Shown here piece after piece: positions 35,747 through 45,900 of a stretch of DNA of 64,000 nt. This DNA comes from Escherichia phage vB_EcoM-P3322. Position 1 is the first letter of the stretch. Each line of letters opens with the position of its first letter. Location of the stretch: the sequence record PV191315.1. One strand, 5' to 3'. The translations under genes were made by a program, and so were the position numbers. Below the pieces are notes generated by a model, which did not search any database, was not told where the DNA came from, and was given only the letters and a program-made list of their open reading frames with translations.

Positions 35747-35913
35747 TGGGAAATGGTATCATGATTTGCTATAAAATTGTGCGTATTGTCGGAGACGAAG
35801 TTATCACTCGTTATTTTATGATAGAGTCTCAAGCCGATGAGGTTTACAATGACTGGCTTGAAAAAGGTGGATACGATTTTGTATCTAAAGAAACTTTCCG
35901 TTTAGAAGTATAA
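35746..35913 (+). CDS. small hypothetical protein (55 aa)
   Basis: Not in track; TAATG overlap upstream, SD GGAGGAAG; MGNGIMICYKIVRIVGDEVITRYFMIESQADEVYNDWLEKGGYDFVSKETFRLEV. Confidence 0.4.
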   Translation: MGNGIMICYKIVRIVGDEVITRYFMIESQADEVYNDWLEKGGYDFVSKETFRLEV

Positions 35914-35923
35914 GGAGAAAACA

Positions 35924-36142
35924 ATGCGTAAATTAGTGAGCTTTAATGTTTCAATTCTTGTTGATGAACAAAATGAAGATGTTATTAAAGGTCTTGCAAA
36001 TAAGATTGCAGGTGGAATGACGGAAGCTGAAGTGTGGGAAGAATGTGCTCGACTTTATGAGGAAGGTGTTATTGAGGTCTTGGGAGATGAGATTAATATG
36101 GACGATATTGTTAAAGTAACTGTGGAGCGTATCAATGACTAA
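35924..36142 (+). CDS. hypothetical protein
   Basis: Track ORF 72 aa; SD AAGGAGAAAAC. Confidence 0.5.
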   Translation: MRKLVSFNVSILVDEQNEDVIKGLANKIAGGMTEAEVWEECARLYEEGVIEVLGDEINMDDIVKVTVERIND

Positions 36143-36728
36143 ATCAAAACAAATCAATATTGCCAAAGAAATTCTTACCGTATTAAAGATCGCTGATCCT
36201 AATTCTGTCTTGGCTGGCGGTGCTGTTCGTGATTGGCGTATTCTTGATATTGCTGGACGTGATCTGGATTTCTATACATCCCTTCCTGCACATCGGACTG
36301 AAGAACAAATACAAGGATTAATTGCATCTGCTTTAATGGGAACCAATATTCGTAAACTAGGAAACAAAGAGGCTTCTGACAATTATGAAGGTGTTACTGG
36401 TCTTAAACACGTTTTTGAGTTTGAACGTGATGGTCAGCTTTGCAACCTTATGATTATGGAACCAAGCGTAATGACAACCTTTCTAAATGAGTTCGATCTG
36501 TCCATCTGCCAGGCTGCATTTGATGGGAAGGACTGTTATTATTCTAAAGATTTTGAAACAACCTTGGAAACAGGGATCTGCTTCTTGCACAAAGATGTTA
36601 GAGAAGATGCCAAACATGTTATTAAAATTGCTACACGTTTCCCATATCTTCGTTTTGTGAAAGAGGTTAAGGTTCCACGTCCACCTCAAGTAGATACCAG
36701 ATTGGAAGAAGATGATATTCCTTGGTAA
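36135..36728 (+). CDS. minimal nucleotidyltransferase of the CCA-adding/poly(A) polymerase head-domain type, with SSB-like C-terminal tail
   Basis: 197 aa; LAGGAVRDWRILDIAGRDLDFY matches the GGxVRD...D.D catalytic signature; C-terminus LEEDDIPW resembles the SSB tail DDDIPF. Confidence 0.5.
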   Translation: MTKSKQINIAKEILTVLKIADPNSVLAGGAVRDWRILDIAGRDLDFYTSLPAHRTEEQIQGLIASALMGTNIRKLGNKEASDNYEGVTGLKHVFEFERDGQLCNLMIMEPSVMTTFLNEFDLSICQAAFDGKDCYYSKDFETTLETGICFLHKDVREDAKHVIKIATRFPYLRFVKEVKVPRPPQVDTRLEEDDIPW

Positions 36729-36735
36729 TTAAAGC

Positions 36736-36765
36736 TTGACAATATTAAACATTTTATGATAGGAT
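36736..36765 (+). promoter_or_regulatory. possible promoter (TTGACA-N18-TAGGAT)
   Basis: Good -35, mediocre -10; predicted start almost at the ATG of 36774 and no SD, so the downstream gene may be leaderless. Confidence 0.25.
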
Positions 36766-36773
36766 AGCATTCA

Positions 36774-37166
36774 ATGACTGAACGTTCTAAGATAGCTGTT
36801 GAAACTGTTTATGGAAACTATACCAGTTTGACACTAGTTGAGAAAAATGTTGTAGGTCTTGACAACTCTTTTTATTTTCAAATTTTGGTTATTCAAGGTG
36901 GAAACAAGAAGCTAACTGCTCGTGTTGAAACATCTGAAATAATTGAAACCACTGTTACAAACAAAGAATTCATTTCACTGCAAGATACAATCCGAAACGT
37001 TATAGACGAAGAAGGCAAAGCTGCCACAATTAAACTCGGAGGTTTCCCAGTGCAAATAGTTCATTTTCCTAATGGTGAAATTGGAGTTGGAATAGGTAAA
37101 GGTAAATACCTGTTAGAGCAAGATGATATGGAAAGACTCCGCTCTTTCTGTGCAAAATTAATGTAA
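36774..37166 (+). CDS. hypothetical protein
   Basis: Track ORF 130 aa; no obvious SD. Confidence 0.45.
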   Translation: MTERSKIAVETVYGNYTSLTLVEKNVVGLDNSFYFQILVIQGGNKKLTARVETSEIIETTVTNKEFISLQDTIRNVIDEEGKAATIKLGGFPVQIVHFPNGEIGVGIGKGKYLLEQDDMERLRSFCAKLM

Positions 37167-37182
37167 TGTAGAGGAGATAATA

Positions 37183-38070
37183 ATGTCCGTAATTAATACT
37201 GAAACTGATCGTAAAGGCAAAACCGTAACTTATGCAACTGGTATCGTAGACTACGTTAAACTGGATAAATTCGCTGAACCTAAAACTTTTCATTGGGAAG
37301 GAAAAACGATTGTTTCAACTCACCGAGCCTCTCTTGTTCTGAAAGAGAAAGGTGCTAAACCAGATGAGAAAGGTGTTTGGATTTCTCTTGGTGACATTGA
37401 ACTGAAAGAAGGTTATGAAAACCTGCAAGTCAAAGAAGGTGATAATTGGATCACTATTGAAAAAGGTGTAGAAGTAAGTATTGATATTGATCGCGTTGAT
37501 AATAAAGGCGGTAAAACTTACTACAATACTAAAAAATCTCGTATTACAGTATTGTCTACCGATGGTGTTCAGAAGTCTAACAAATCTTCTGGCAATAAAG
37601 GTTCCAACGATGCTGCTCCTAAGCAGTCCTATAAAAAACGTGATACTGTAGGTCTGGAAACTGGTCACGCAGTAAATGGTGCACTGGAACTGATTCGTAA
37701 TGGTGTTAAAGGCGATGCTTTCGATATCGCTGGGGTTGTTCAATCTGCAACTGTCACACTGAAATCTGAAATTGCTGAATCTCGTGGCGTTGATATTAAT
37801 GATTATGATCTTGGGGCATCTGTTGGTCACGCTATTCTCAATGCTTGTAAAGACCATACCATTAAGACTGTCTCTGTAGAAGATCTGATTGATTCTGCTC
37901 GTAAAGTTCTGGCTCTGTCTGATAAAGTTGCTGCTGCCATTCGTGGTTCCGCAGAACAGCCTAAGAAAGAAGAGAAGAAAGAAGTTAAGAAACCTGAACC
38001 ACAACCAGAACCAACTCCAAGTAATCAAGAAGAACCTCCAATGGACTTCGACGATGATATTCCATTCTGA
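37183..38070 (+). CDS. single-stranded DNA-binding protein-like, with E. coli SSB-type C-terminal tail
   Basis: 295 aa; last residues PMDFDDDIPF match the conserved E. coli SSB tip; Pro/Glu/Lys-rich linker before it; host-like optimal codons; SD AGAGGAG. Confidence 0.5.
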   Translation: MSVINTETDRKGKTVTYATGIVDYVKLDKFAEPKTFHWEGKTIVSTHRASLVLKEKGAKPDEKGVWISLGDIELKEGYENLQVKEGDNWITIEKGVEVSIDIDRVDNKGGKTYYNTKKSRITVLSTDGVQKSNKSSGNKGSNDAAPKQSYKKRDTVGLETGHAVNGALELIRNGVKGDAFDIAGVVQSATVTLKSEIAESRGVDINDYDLGASVGHAILNACKDHTIKTVSVEDLIDSARKVLALSDKVAAAIRGSAEQPKKEEKKEVKKPEPQPEPTPSNQEEPPMDFDDDIPF

Positions 38071-38102
38071 TCTTATTGATTTATAAAGAGTTTTTATAAA
38101 AG

Positions 38103-38132
38103 AAAAGGGAACCTTTGCGGGTTCCCTTTTTT
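38103..38132. terminator. bidirectional rho-independent terminator between convergent early/middle and tail modules
   Basis: GGGAACC-loop-GGTTCCC hairpin flanked by AAAA upstream and TTTTTT downstream, between plus-strand stop (38070) and minus-strand stop (38134). Confidence 0.7.
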
Positions 38133-38133
38133 A

Positions 38134-40809
38134 TTAGTCGTAATATTTCAAACCTGTAATGAACTTCGATCCCCAATCCGCACTTGCGGCGGTGAACGTC
38201 AACATCCAAGTTGTAGCTGTACCAGTGAAGACCTCTCGTTGCACAGTACCATCAGTGTGGTAAATGTCCACGCCAGTATGTCCATTCTTAGGAATAGTGA
38301 AGGTAACAGCACTGGTAGTGTCTCGTGCATAAGAACAAACAAATGGTGTCCCCGCCCAAACTGGATTTGTCATATCACCCATCTCAAGCTGTGGAACCCA
38401 AGCAATAAGACCTGCCGTACCATCTCCTGCGAAAGTGTCTGATCCACTTGCATTCAAAGCTATAATCTCATAGGTTATAGATGCTTGTTTGGCAACTGTC
38501 ACTTTGTGTAGAATTACACGATACCAACCATTCCCCATATCGATTATGTTTGCATCTGCACCTGTAAATGTTCCAGCTACAAGATCATAAGTCCCTTCGT
38601 TAATCTCATCTCCTGAAGTCAATTTGAGTTTCACTTTAGTGATCCCATCTGGCTTCAAGAATACGGATGCCGCCCAGTGCTTACCTGCTGTAATATCAGA
38701 AGCTGTATTCACTGCTGATAAAATATGTTGTCCTGAAGTTGTAGAAGGTGTTAACTTGTAAGTGTTAGCCGTAGTTCCAACCGGAGAGTTGATTGTTGAT
38801 GCTGTGACTGTCAAGTTCGTCTTCAACCACGGGGAAGCTGTTGTCAAGTTATTGTTGATAAAGATATGTGTACGGTTGGCTGCTACAACACGTCTACCTT
38901 GTGGAGTTGTACCAACATATTCTAAAGGTGCTACGGGAGCAGAACTCTCTGTAGGTACAAGGATATCTCCAGAAGCCCTGGCATAACGGTTACTCCTGTT
39001 GACCTTTACATCCGCCGGAATAGTTTCTTGCGTCAAATCATAATCCATCACAATCACCACAGCATTCACTGTGAGATAAGAACTATCTTCGGCAGTTACC
39101 ACACCTTGATAAGTTGCTCTACAACCGATACGACAACCTCCATCAGCAACCGCTGTAATAACGCCTGTAACAGGGTCAACTGTTGCTACCGTAGGGTCAT
39201 TAGAGAAATACTCAACAACCATACCAGGTAAGCTTGCTGCTCCTGTTGGCGTTATTTCTGCTACCATTGTTTGTGTTGTTCCTACATCCATCGCAGATAA
39301 GCTAGGGGTGTAAACACTCAATGTTGAAGCATATCCTCCAGAGGTATCTGATAAAGTTGTTCCTTCGGCGTTTAAGGCTGTCATACCTGCATCAAAACCA
39401 CCTTCTGCATGGAAAGTCATTAAACCAGTAGATGATATTGTCATGTTTGCAGGGGCAGAAGAAGTGTATTTAATATTGAAAAGTTTACCTCCTTCTGGGC
39501 TAACAGAATGTGTCAACTGTTTAGTTCCACCTACAATACAAATTCCTAAAGAATCTGTAGTTAAGCCAGTTGCCAGAATATCACCCGTAATCACGGAGCT
39601 TGCTATTGGTGTGAATTTATTATAGTTTAGACCGCTATTGAACAGATACGAGGCTTTCCCATCTTTCCAAATACCGGAATAATACATATCTCCATTATAA
39701 ACGAAAAAGGTTCCTTGATAACCTAATTGGTTAGTAACATCCATATTCAGCGTATGAACGCTTGTGAGCTTGTTTATATCCCAAGAACCAACTCCTTCAG
39801 GTTTAACTGGTTTTCCCACTTGGAGTGGATCTCCGCTCGCAGAATCATACCCCAAACCTAAGTTTGCAGTGTAGTTCTTACCAATAGCCCACAAGGAATT
39901 ATTGATCCCAACGAAAAAAGAGTGGCGGCTTGGTGGAAACTTCCATGTTGAGAAACCTGCTGCAAAGGTATCCAGTTTAGTGTAGGTTGTTTCTGTATTA
40001 GACCTAACATATAAGTAGTTTACTGTACCCGTGCCACCGGAGGTATCTCCTACAACTATTGTCTGGGAAACTGTATTGATGTAATCTTTGACATACACTG
40101 TTTCAGTAGCGGATATCTTAGCATTGACAAAAGCTGTTGTTGTGTTATTATTACCTGCTAAACCTTTACTAGCTCCACAAACACGCAAGGTTCCCACATT
40201 GTTGACATAAGAGCATTGGTTGTAACCTGCATCAAAAGCAACTGCTGCACTTGTTATCTGACGAGGAGTAGAAACTTCGTTAGTAGTACTTGCACCTAAA
40301 CTGCCTACTGTGTTTTGACCTGATCCATAAAGAACACCACTATTCATTAACCAGAGAGTGTTGTTATATCCTCCCTTAACCTCTTTAAGATTAGCTAAAG
40401 AGATAGTCCCTGTTATTACAGATGGAAAGCTGGTCCAAGTAGTTACACATGCGTCCGTACCACCTGCTGCTATAGATCCTACCAATCCTGCTGTCAATCC
40501 TGAATATTGCCATCCTCCACTGTTAGTTTTAATAACAAAACAACGATCTGCGGTAAACACATCCGCTACTACAGTAGAAGCCAAGTGGAAATTATTGAAT
40601 CGTGCACTACGAGTTCCATCTGCAATCTCACCAAAAAGGTTTGCGCCTTGAGTAAACAATCTACCATCATTAAGCAAAATTGCTAAACTGCTGTTAGAAT
40701 TACCAGCATTATCTGGGTAATCTAAAGTGATTACTTTTTTAACAATACCCGCTGGCAGAGGAACGACACCAGTGCTGGTCATAATAGTAAATATTGGAAT
40801 TGGAAACAT
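38134..40809 (-). CDS. tail fibre / receptor-binding protein (891 aa)
   Basis: Large Gly/Thr/Ser/Asn-rich beta-type protein at the distal end of the tail module; SD GGAGGG. Confidence 0.45.
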   Translation of the reverse strand: MFPIPIFTIMTSTGVVPLPAGIVKKVITLDYPDNAGNSNSSLAILLNDGRLFTQGANLFGEIADGTRSARFNNFHLASTVVADVFTADRCFVIKTNSGGWQYSGLTAGLVGSIAAGGTDACVTTWTSFPSVITGTISLANLKEVKGGYNNTLWLMNSGVLYGSGQNTVGSLGASTTNEVSTPRQITSAAVAFDAGYNQCSYVNNVGTLRVCGASKGLAGNNNTTTAFVNAKISATETVYVKDYINTVSQTIVVGDTSGGTGTVNYLYVRSNTETTYTKLDTFAAGFSTWKFPPSRHSFFVGINNSLWAIGKNYTANLGLGYDSASGDPLQVGKPVKPEGVGSWDINKLTSVHTLNMDVTNQLGYQGTFFVYNGDMYYSGIWKDGKASYLFNSGLNYNKFTPIASSVITGDILATGLTTDSLGICIVGGTKQLTHSVSPEGGKLFNIKYTSSAPANMTISSTGLMTFHAEGGFDAGMTALNAEGTTLSDTSGGYASTLSVYTPSLSAMDVGTTQTMVAEITPTGAASLPGMVVEYFSNDPTVATVDPVTGVITAVADGGCRIGCRATYQGVVTAEDSSYLTVNAVVIVMDYDLTQETIPADVKVNRSNRYARASGDILVPTESSAPVAPLEYVGTTPQGRRVVAANRTHIFINNNLTTASPWLKTNLTVTASTINSPVGTTANTYKLTPSTTSGQHILSAVNTASDITAGKHWAASVFLKPDGITKVKLKLTSGDEINEGTYDLVAGTFTGADANIIDMGNGWYRVILHKVTVAKQASITYEIIALNASGSDTFAGDGTAGLIAWVPQLEMGDMTNPVWAGTPFVCSYARDTTSAVTFTIPKNGHTGVDIYHTDGTVQREVFTGTATTWMLTFTAASADWGSKFITGLKYYD

Positions 40810-40820
40810 TTAAACCCTCC

Positions 40821-40849
40821 ATAAAAAGAAAGCCCCTTTCGGGGCTTCT
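40821..40849 (-). terminator. intercistronic terminator/attenuator (minus strand)
   Basis: On minus strand GAAGCCCCGAAAGGGGCTTTC hairpin followed by TTTTTAT, then RBS of next gene. Confidence 0.45.
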
Positions 40850-40850
40850 G

Positions 40851-42875
40851 TTATCGTGTTACAACAACCATGTCCACGATATCACCCACACCAGGATACG
40901 TTAATTGCAAAATTGTTACTGCGTTAGCAGTAGTTGCTATTTCTGTATCATTTAGTGCTCCATAAGACGCATCTAGTGTAACCGTGTGTCCCGTTGTATC
41001 TTGAATCAAATAAATCATTGCTGAAAACGCTTTAGGTTTTGTAGAGCCAGTGACACCAGGCCATGCTCCAACTGTCAGAGCGTCAGTTACTGTAACAACA
41101 TACATATTGGAAGTTCCAGGAGGAGTCCAAGATGCTCCAGAGTTGGCAGTAGTTGTTTCAAGTTCCATGAAACCTGCTGTAACTCTAGTTGGTGTTATAG
41201 CTTCCGTAGGATCTGATCCTGATATTTCGATCCAGTTTCCATCAGAACGACCATACGTCAAGCCGTCTTGAGGGGCTTCTGGTATACTAGGAAGAGTTCC
41301 TATAAGTGTCCACGTAGAAGAATCTGTTTTCTTAAACACTGCTCCAGTGGTAGTATTGAAGGCGTAATCATTGATAACACCGTCTCCTGCGACTGGATTA
41401 GTTGTTGCTACAAACCACTGTGCGCCGTCCTTACCGTTGGTCCCATCAGTACCGTTGGTTCCATTTGTTCCAGGATCACCCTTATCACCTTTGTCGCCCT
41501 TCTCACCTTTGTCACCTTTAATACTTCCCATGTCAACAAAAGATGCGGAATTGGTGTCTTGATCGTAAGTATAGATGTAAAGATTACTAGTGTCTTCAGT
41601 TAAGTAAGCATCACCATAGTTATTGTAAACAGGGAGAGCTTCACTGTTCGGAACATGACCTTTAGCTGTAATTGATGTTCCTCCAAGACTGCCAACATTC
41701 ATCCATTCCGTAGCATCTTGGACCCAAACATACAAATCATTATTAATTTTATATGCATCACCTACTTCTCCAGTCGGGGGAAGTTCAGCTTCGCTGTTCA
41801 GAACCCCGATAATCTCTAAGCCTGATCCTGTTGCACCAACTGGTCCTTGTGGACCTAATTCACCTTGTGGACCTTGCTCTCCTTGATCACCCTTGTCTCC
41901 TTTTGGACCTTTAAGCGAGGCAATGAAATCTACTTCTGTCCCTTCATTACCAGCATCCAGCCAACTTTGATATGCAGATTTCCCTTCATCTCCATCTGTT
42001 CCATCTAGACCGTCTTTACCTGCCTCACCTTGTGGACCTTGAGGACCAACAATATTACCCATGTTGACCCAAGCTGTCCCATTAGAGACATAAAGATTAC
42101 CATTGATAGAGTAAGCTTGGCTTACGTTTTCAGAGTTAGGTTGTGGTAAGTTACTTGTAGAAGGCAAATCCCCACGATAATCAAAACCGTTGGCGTTAAC
42201 ACCAGGTGCTCCCTGTGGCCCTGTAGGACCAACATCGCCTTTATCACCTTTTATAGAGGTAAGAAAATCATAAACAGACCCTGTATTACCATCTGCCAAC
42301 CATACCTCGTAAGCTGATTTACCTTCTGGCCCAAGAGAAGAAATAAGTTTCCAAACAGAACCATCCCAAGCGTAGATTACATCACCTACGATATAACCAT
42401 CCCCTGCAACGTTACCTGTAGATGGTAGTTCACTAGTGCTTGCTAATGATCCTTTAATATTAAGTTGAGCACCAGTATCCCCTTTCAAAGAAGCAAGCCA
42501 TTGTGCTTCTGTTCCAACAAAACCATTATCAAGTGCGATCTGATAAGCCGATTTACCAGCTTCAGGTATTGTTTCCGACAGATCATCAATCTGTTGCTGC
42601 ATTGCCGTAAACTTGGCATTGATAATTGCTATATCATCAGCGGTCCCAACACTTTGCCATGCAAGGGAAGAAATACCACCTGTGGTGGCTGGCGTAGAGT
42701 TTGCTGGAACTACTTTAGGAAAAGTTCCTTTCCATTGGTAATAATTCCCTTCTGCTGCTAACAGCAAAACTTCACGGGAATTACGTAATGTAAAACCTGC
42801 CTCAAAGCTGCGACGTTTTCGATAAGTAGCTTCTACCAGATCGGCTATCGCACTATTAGGTCTTGTTAAATTCAT
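40851..42875 (-). CDS. tail fibre protein with collagen-like Gly-X-Y repeats
   Basis: Four interrupted Gly-X-Y runs; a module GKSAY(Q/E)..L..G..G....(F/W)L.S(L/I)KG repeated three times, as in many phage side tail fibres. Confidence 0.55.
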   Translation of the reverse strand: MNLTRPNSAIADLVEATYRKRRSFEAGFTLRNSREVLLLAAEGNYYQWKGTFPKVVPANSTPATTGGISSLAWQSVGTADDIAIINAKFTAMQQQIDDLSETIPEAGKSAYQIALDNGFVGTEAQWLASLKGDTGAQLNIKGSLASTSELPSTGNVAGDGYIVGDVIYAWDGSVWKLISSLGPEGKSAYEVWLADGNTGSVYDFLTSIKGDKGDVGPTGPQGAPGVNANGFDYRGDLPSTSNLPQPNSENVSQAYSINGNLYVSNGTAWVNMGNIVGPQGPQGEAGKDGLDGTDGDEGKSAYQSWLDAGNEGTEVDFIASLKGPKGDKGDQGEQGPQGELGPQGPVGATGSGLEIIGVLNSEAELPPTGEVGDAYKINNDLYVWVQDATEWMNVGSLGGTSITAKGHVPNSEALPVYNNYGDAYLTEDTSNLYIYTYDQDTNSASFVDMGSIKGDKGEKGDKGDKGDPGTNGTNGTDGTNGKDGAQWFVATTNPVAGDGVINDYAFNTTTGAVFKKTDSSTWTLIGTLPSIPEAPQDGLTYGRSDGNWIEISGSDPTEAITPTRVTAGFMELETTTANSGASWTPPGTSNMYVVTVTDALTVGAWPGVTGSTKPKAFSAMIYLIQDTTGHTVTLDASYGALNDTEIATTANAVTILQLTYPGVGDIVDMVVVTR
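41427..42251 (-). repeat. collagen-like Gly-X-Y repeat-encoding segments within tail fibre gene
   Basis: Runs KGDKGDVGPTGPQGAPG, GPQGPQGEAGKDGLDGTDGDEG, GPKGDKGDQGEQGPQGELGPQGPVGATG, KGDKGEKGDKGDKGDPGTNGTNGTDGTNGKDG; opposite strand gives a Pro/Leu/Ser-rich pseudo-ORF. Confidence 0.6.
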
Positions 42876-42911
42876 TTATCTCTCCTATCATTAGACCATT
42901 CTATTGGAAGA

Positions 42912-42930
42912 AGAGGGGGAATCCCCCTCT
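42912..42930 (-). terminator. intercistronic hairpin (AGAGGGGGA / TCCCCCTCT)
   Basis: GC-rich inverted repeat between tailspike-like and collagen-like fibre genes; no clear U-tract. Confidence 0.3.
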
Positions 42931-42936
42931 ATTCCA

Positions 42937-45900
42937 TTAGGTTGTTGGCACATCTACTACTGGCGTTGGGCGAATAACCGCAGTATTACCTACAGAAACA
43001 TTACTGGAATCATTAGGTATGGTTTTAATTCTAACTCCAGCACTTGTAGGCGTTACAATTGGATCTGCAATGTCTATTTTAACTGGGTTAGTCCACGTAT
43101 CATTATCTTGATAAGGTGCACGAGTAATAACTGTGTCCAAATCTGCTCCACCTACGCCAGCACCAGGAATACGGATACGTGTCCCTGCTGACAGAGGGTA
43201 ATGATACAACCAAGAAGCATTTGTTGCTGTCCCGTTAGGAGTCAAGTTCTGTGTCAGGAAGGTATCTCCTGCCTGTGTAGCTCGAATACCGAAAGCTGGG
43301 ATATCTGGAATATATGCCCCACTTGTTGTTACAAGGAAGAACGTATTATCCGCCTTGACTATCATATCACCTTTGTCAAACTCTTTCCCTGTTGGGAAAT
43401 GCATTCCATCAATGTTTCGACTAGGATTAGGCTCTAAGTAATAAACTTTGCCCGTTGTCCCTACAATAGCTCCAATACCACCTGCGATATTGGTATACAT
43501 ATTAGCTTCAACATTACAGTTGACACGATGAATATCCGAGTAACGGCAACGGCTCCACTGTGGACGACCAGTAACCATCGTCTTGCCATCTGGGTAACAG
43601 TTTACGTTAACCATTTCAAGAACAGATTTTTCTCTACGGAAGAATCCATCATAAAATGTCCCTGGACCAGATTCAGGTTGACCAACACAATCGAAGATAT
43701 TACAGGTGATGTTAGACATTGAAAGCCAAGAAGCTATACCGAACAACTGCAATGCAGCGCAACGAATATTTTCAAAGCTAACTCTGTTTTCATAACCTGG
43801 CCCAGCGGAAACTCCCGCAAAAACACGCCCAGTTTTGGTGTGAATGTTACGAACAGAATAGTTAAAGCATGGGTTTGAAGGTCTACCCTGTGCCGGAACT
43901 ACCGGATTACCCTCTTCGTCCAGAACTGCGTTAGTTCCCCACTCCAAATAAATCATACGGATATTACTTGCAAGTGTGCTACCGTCTGTTTTAGGCTCTC
44001 CGTAAACACCGTCAATCGTAAAATCTTTACTTCCATACATTACAACTGCGCCAGTTGCCAAACCTGTCCCAACAGATACGGTTTGATCTGGATCGCCATG
44101 AATGTTTTCGATAGAGATATTACGACCAACTTCTACGTGGACAATCTGACGACAACGTTTTGCAAAAACGTTACGAATTGTAATATTCTTGCAATATTGA
44201 TCATCAGGGATTCCGTAACCATATGGTCCTTTACCAGCTACACCGATACCGATACCCCAGTTGGACAGAGGAATAGGAGCGTTAGTCCCATCGATATTAG
44301 ACAGGTAAATATTCTCAATCACACAACCATCGTCATAATGTTTATTGATGACGTTCAGTTCTATTGCATCACCTTGCATGTCCATGAAGGTAAGGTTACG
44401 GAAGACACCACGTGTTACTGGTTCCCCTGTTCCTTGTTGAAGGATGCCATACAACCCGTTTTTAAAAGTACAGTTATCAATTTCAAAAGTACCTGATATT
44501 GGGTTGCCTTGGAATACCAAGCTACCAACTTGACCTGGGCGAGGAGCACCGTCCCACAAACAATCGAACATGCGCACAGCACCACCCCAATACATAACAC
44601 GAGAGTTACGGAAAGTTGTGCCTTCTACTGTAGCATTCTGCACACGATAGTCGCGTTGACCACGGAACACACCACCACGCAAAGTGATATCTTGAATATC
44701 AAAAGAGCTTGTCGTGAAAGTCATATCGCAACCATAAGCATCGAGAATCTTGCTTTTCGAAGCTTTTGCTGCTAACAGTGCCGCTTGGAAAGCTGCTTCT
44801 GGTGTGGTATATGTTGTTGTGTTGTTAGCAAATTCTGATAAGTAGACAACATCGAATAAATCGTTGTATGTTCCACCACGAGGGGTTAACAGTCCTTCTG
44901 TATTGGTCAGAACCCATGCATTTGGACCTAATCCACCGCTTGTCTCCAATGTATCGGAGGCCAAAATACTTTTTGGTAAACTTCCAGCCCAACGATAACG
45001 ACCAGCACCACGCCCAATCGTCTGATTTTTAGCTGTCAGAGTTACGTTATTACCAAAGCTTGTAGGCAAATGAACAAACTGTCCACGTTCAACAGCTAGT
45101 GCAGAAAGATCTACAGACCCCCCAGAATAAGTCATTACTCCAGAAACAGACAAGGATGTTAAAGTTCCTGTGATGTTAGGAGGTAATGTGTAGGAAGACT
45201 GTGCTACTGGATCATACAGAGCTTTAATCCCTGTTAACGATTGACCTGCTGTTGCGTAAGCCACCTCATCATCTAACAAACCATATTTACGAGCAATAGT
45301 TTGCAGAGGGACTTTATCCATGCTTTCTGTTAGTTCTTCCGTTTTTGTTTCTAAACTAACAAGACGGTTCTCTAGATTAGGATCTGTATCTGCTGAAGCT
45401 ACGATTTTACCAATATAAGCAAAAAGCTTGTTTGGCAGTCCTGTTGCAGGATCGTGTCCCAAAGGTTCAGATAAGATGATCTTACTATCTTCTATACGGA
45501 AAGCTTCCCCCAGAACCTGAATAACACCATTGATCGTAACAATAGCACTATCAAAGATGTAAGGAGGACTAATTACTGTTTCATAACCAGTTGCACCAGA
45601 ATATACCCAAGGGGTGACTTCTGTTGCCAATTGTTCTGTCTTCAGTCCCCACAATACCCAGTTGTTATCTCCTACTGGAGTCCCTTGCATAGGGATAGGG
45701 TTAACCAATGTAGCGTTAGGAGCATAGTAATAACCGCTCAATACTCCATTCTGGAAATAACGAAGTTGGTTAAAAACCGTTTCATTTGTGCCTTGCGCCC
45801 AATCCAATGGGCTTTTAAAGAAAAAGTTATCAACAAGGGCTTTTCTCAGGGTTGGTATCAACCCTGATTCTGTTTCAATACTCTCTGTAGCACTTCCATT

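Noticed and set aside
37315-38028. 237-aa minus-strand ORF entirely inside the SSB-like gene
   Set aside because: Antisense to a well-supported, codon-optimised gene; low-complexity Phe/Asn/Ile-rich translation, no RBS; stop-free antisense frames are expected from biased codon usage.
41371-41562. Pro/Leu/Ser-rich plus-strand ORF
   Set aside because: Mirror image of the collagen-like Gly-X-Y repeats on the minus strand; artefact of repeat composition.
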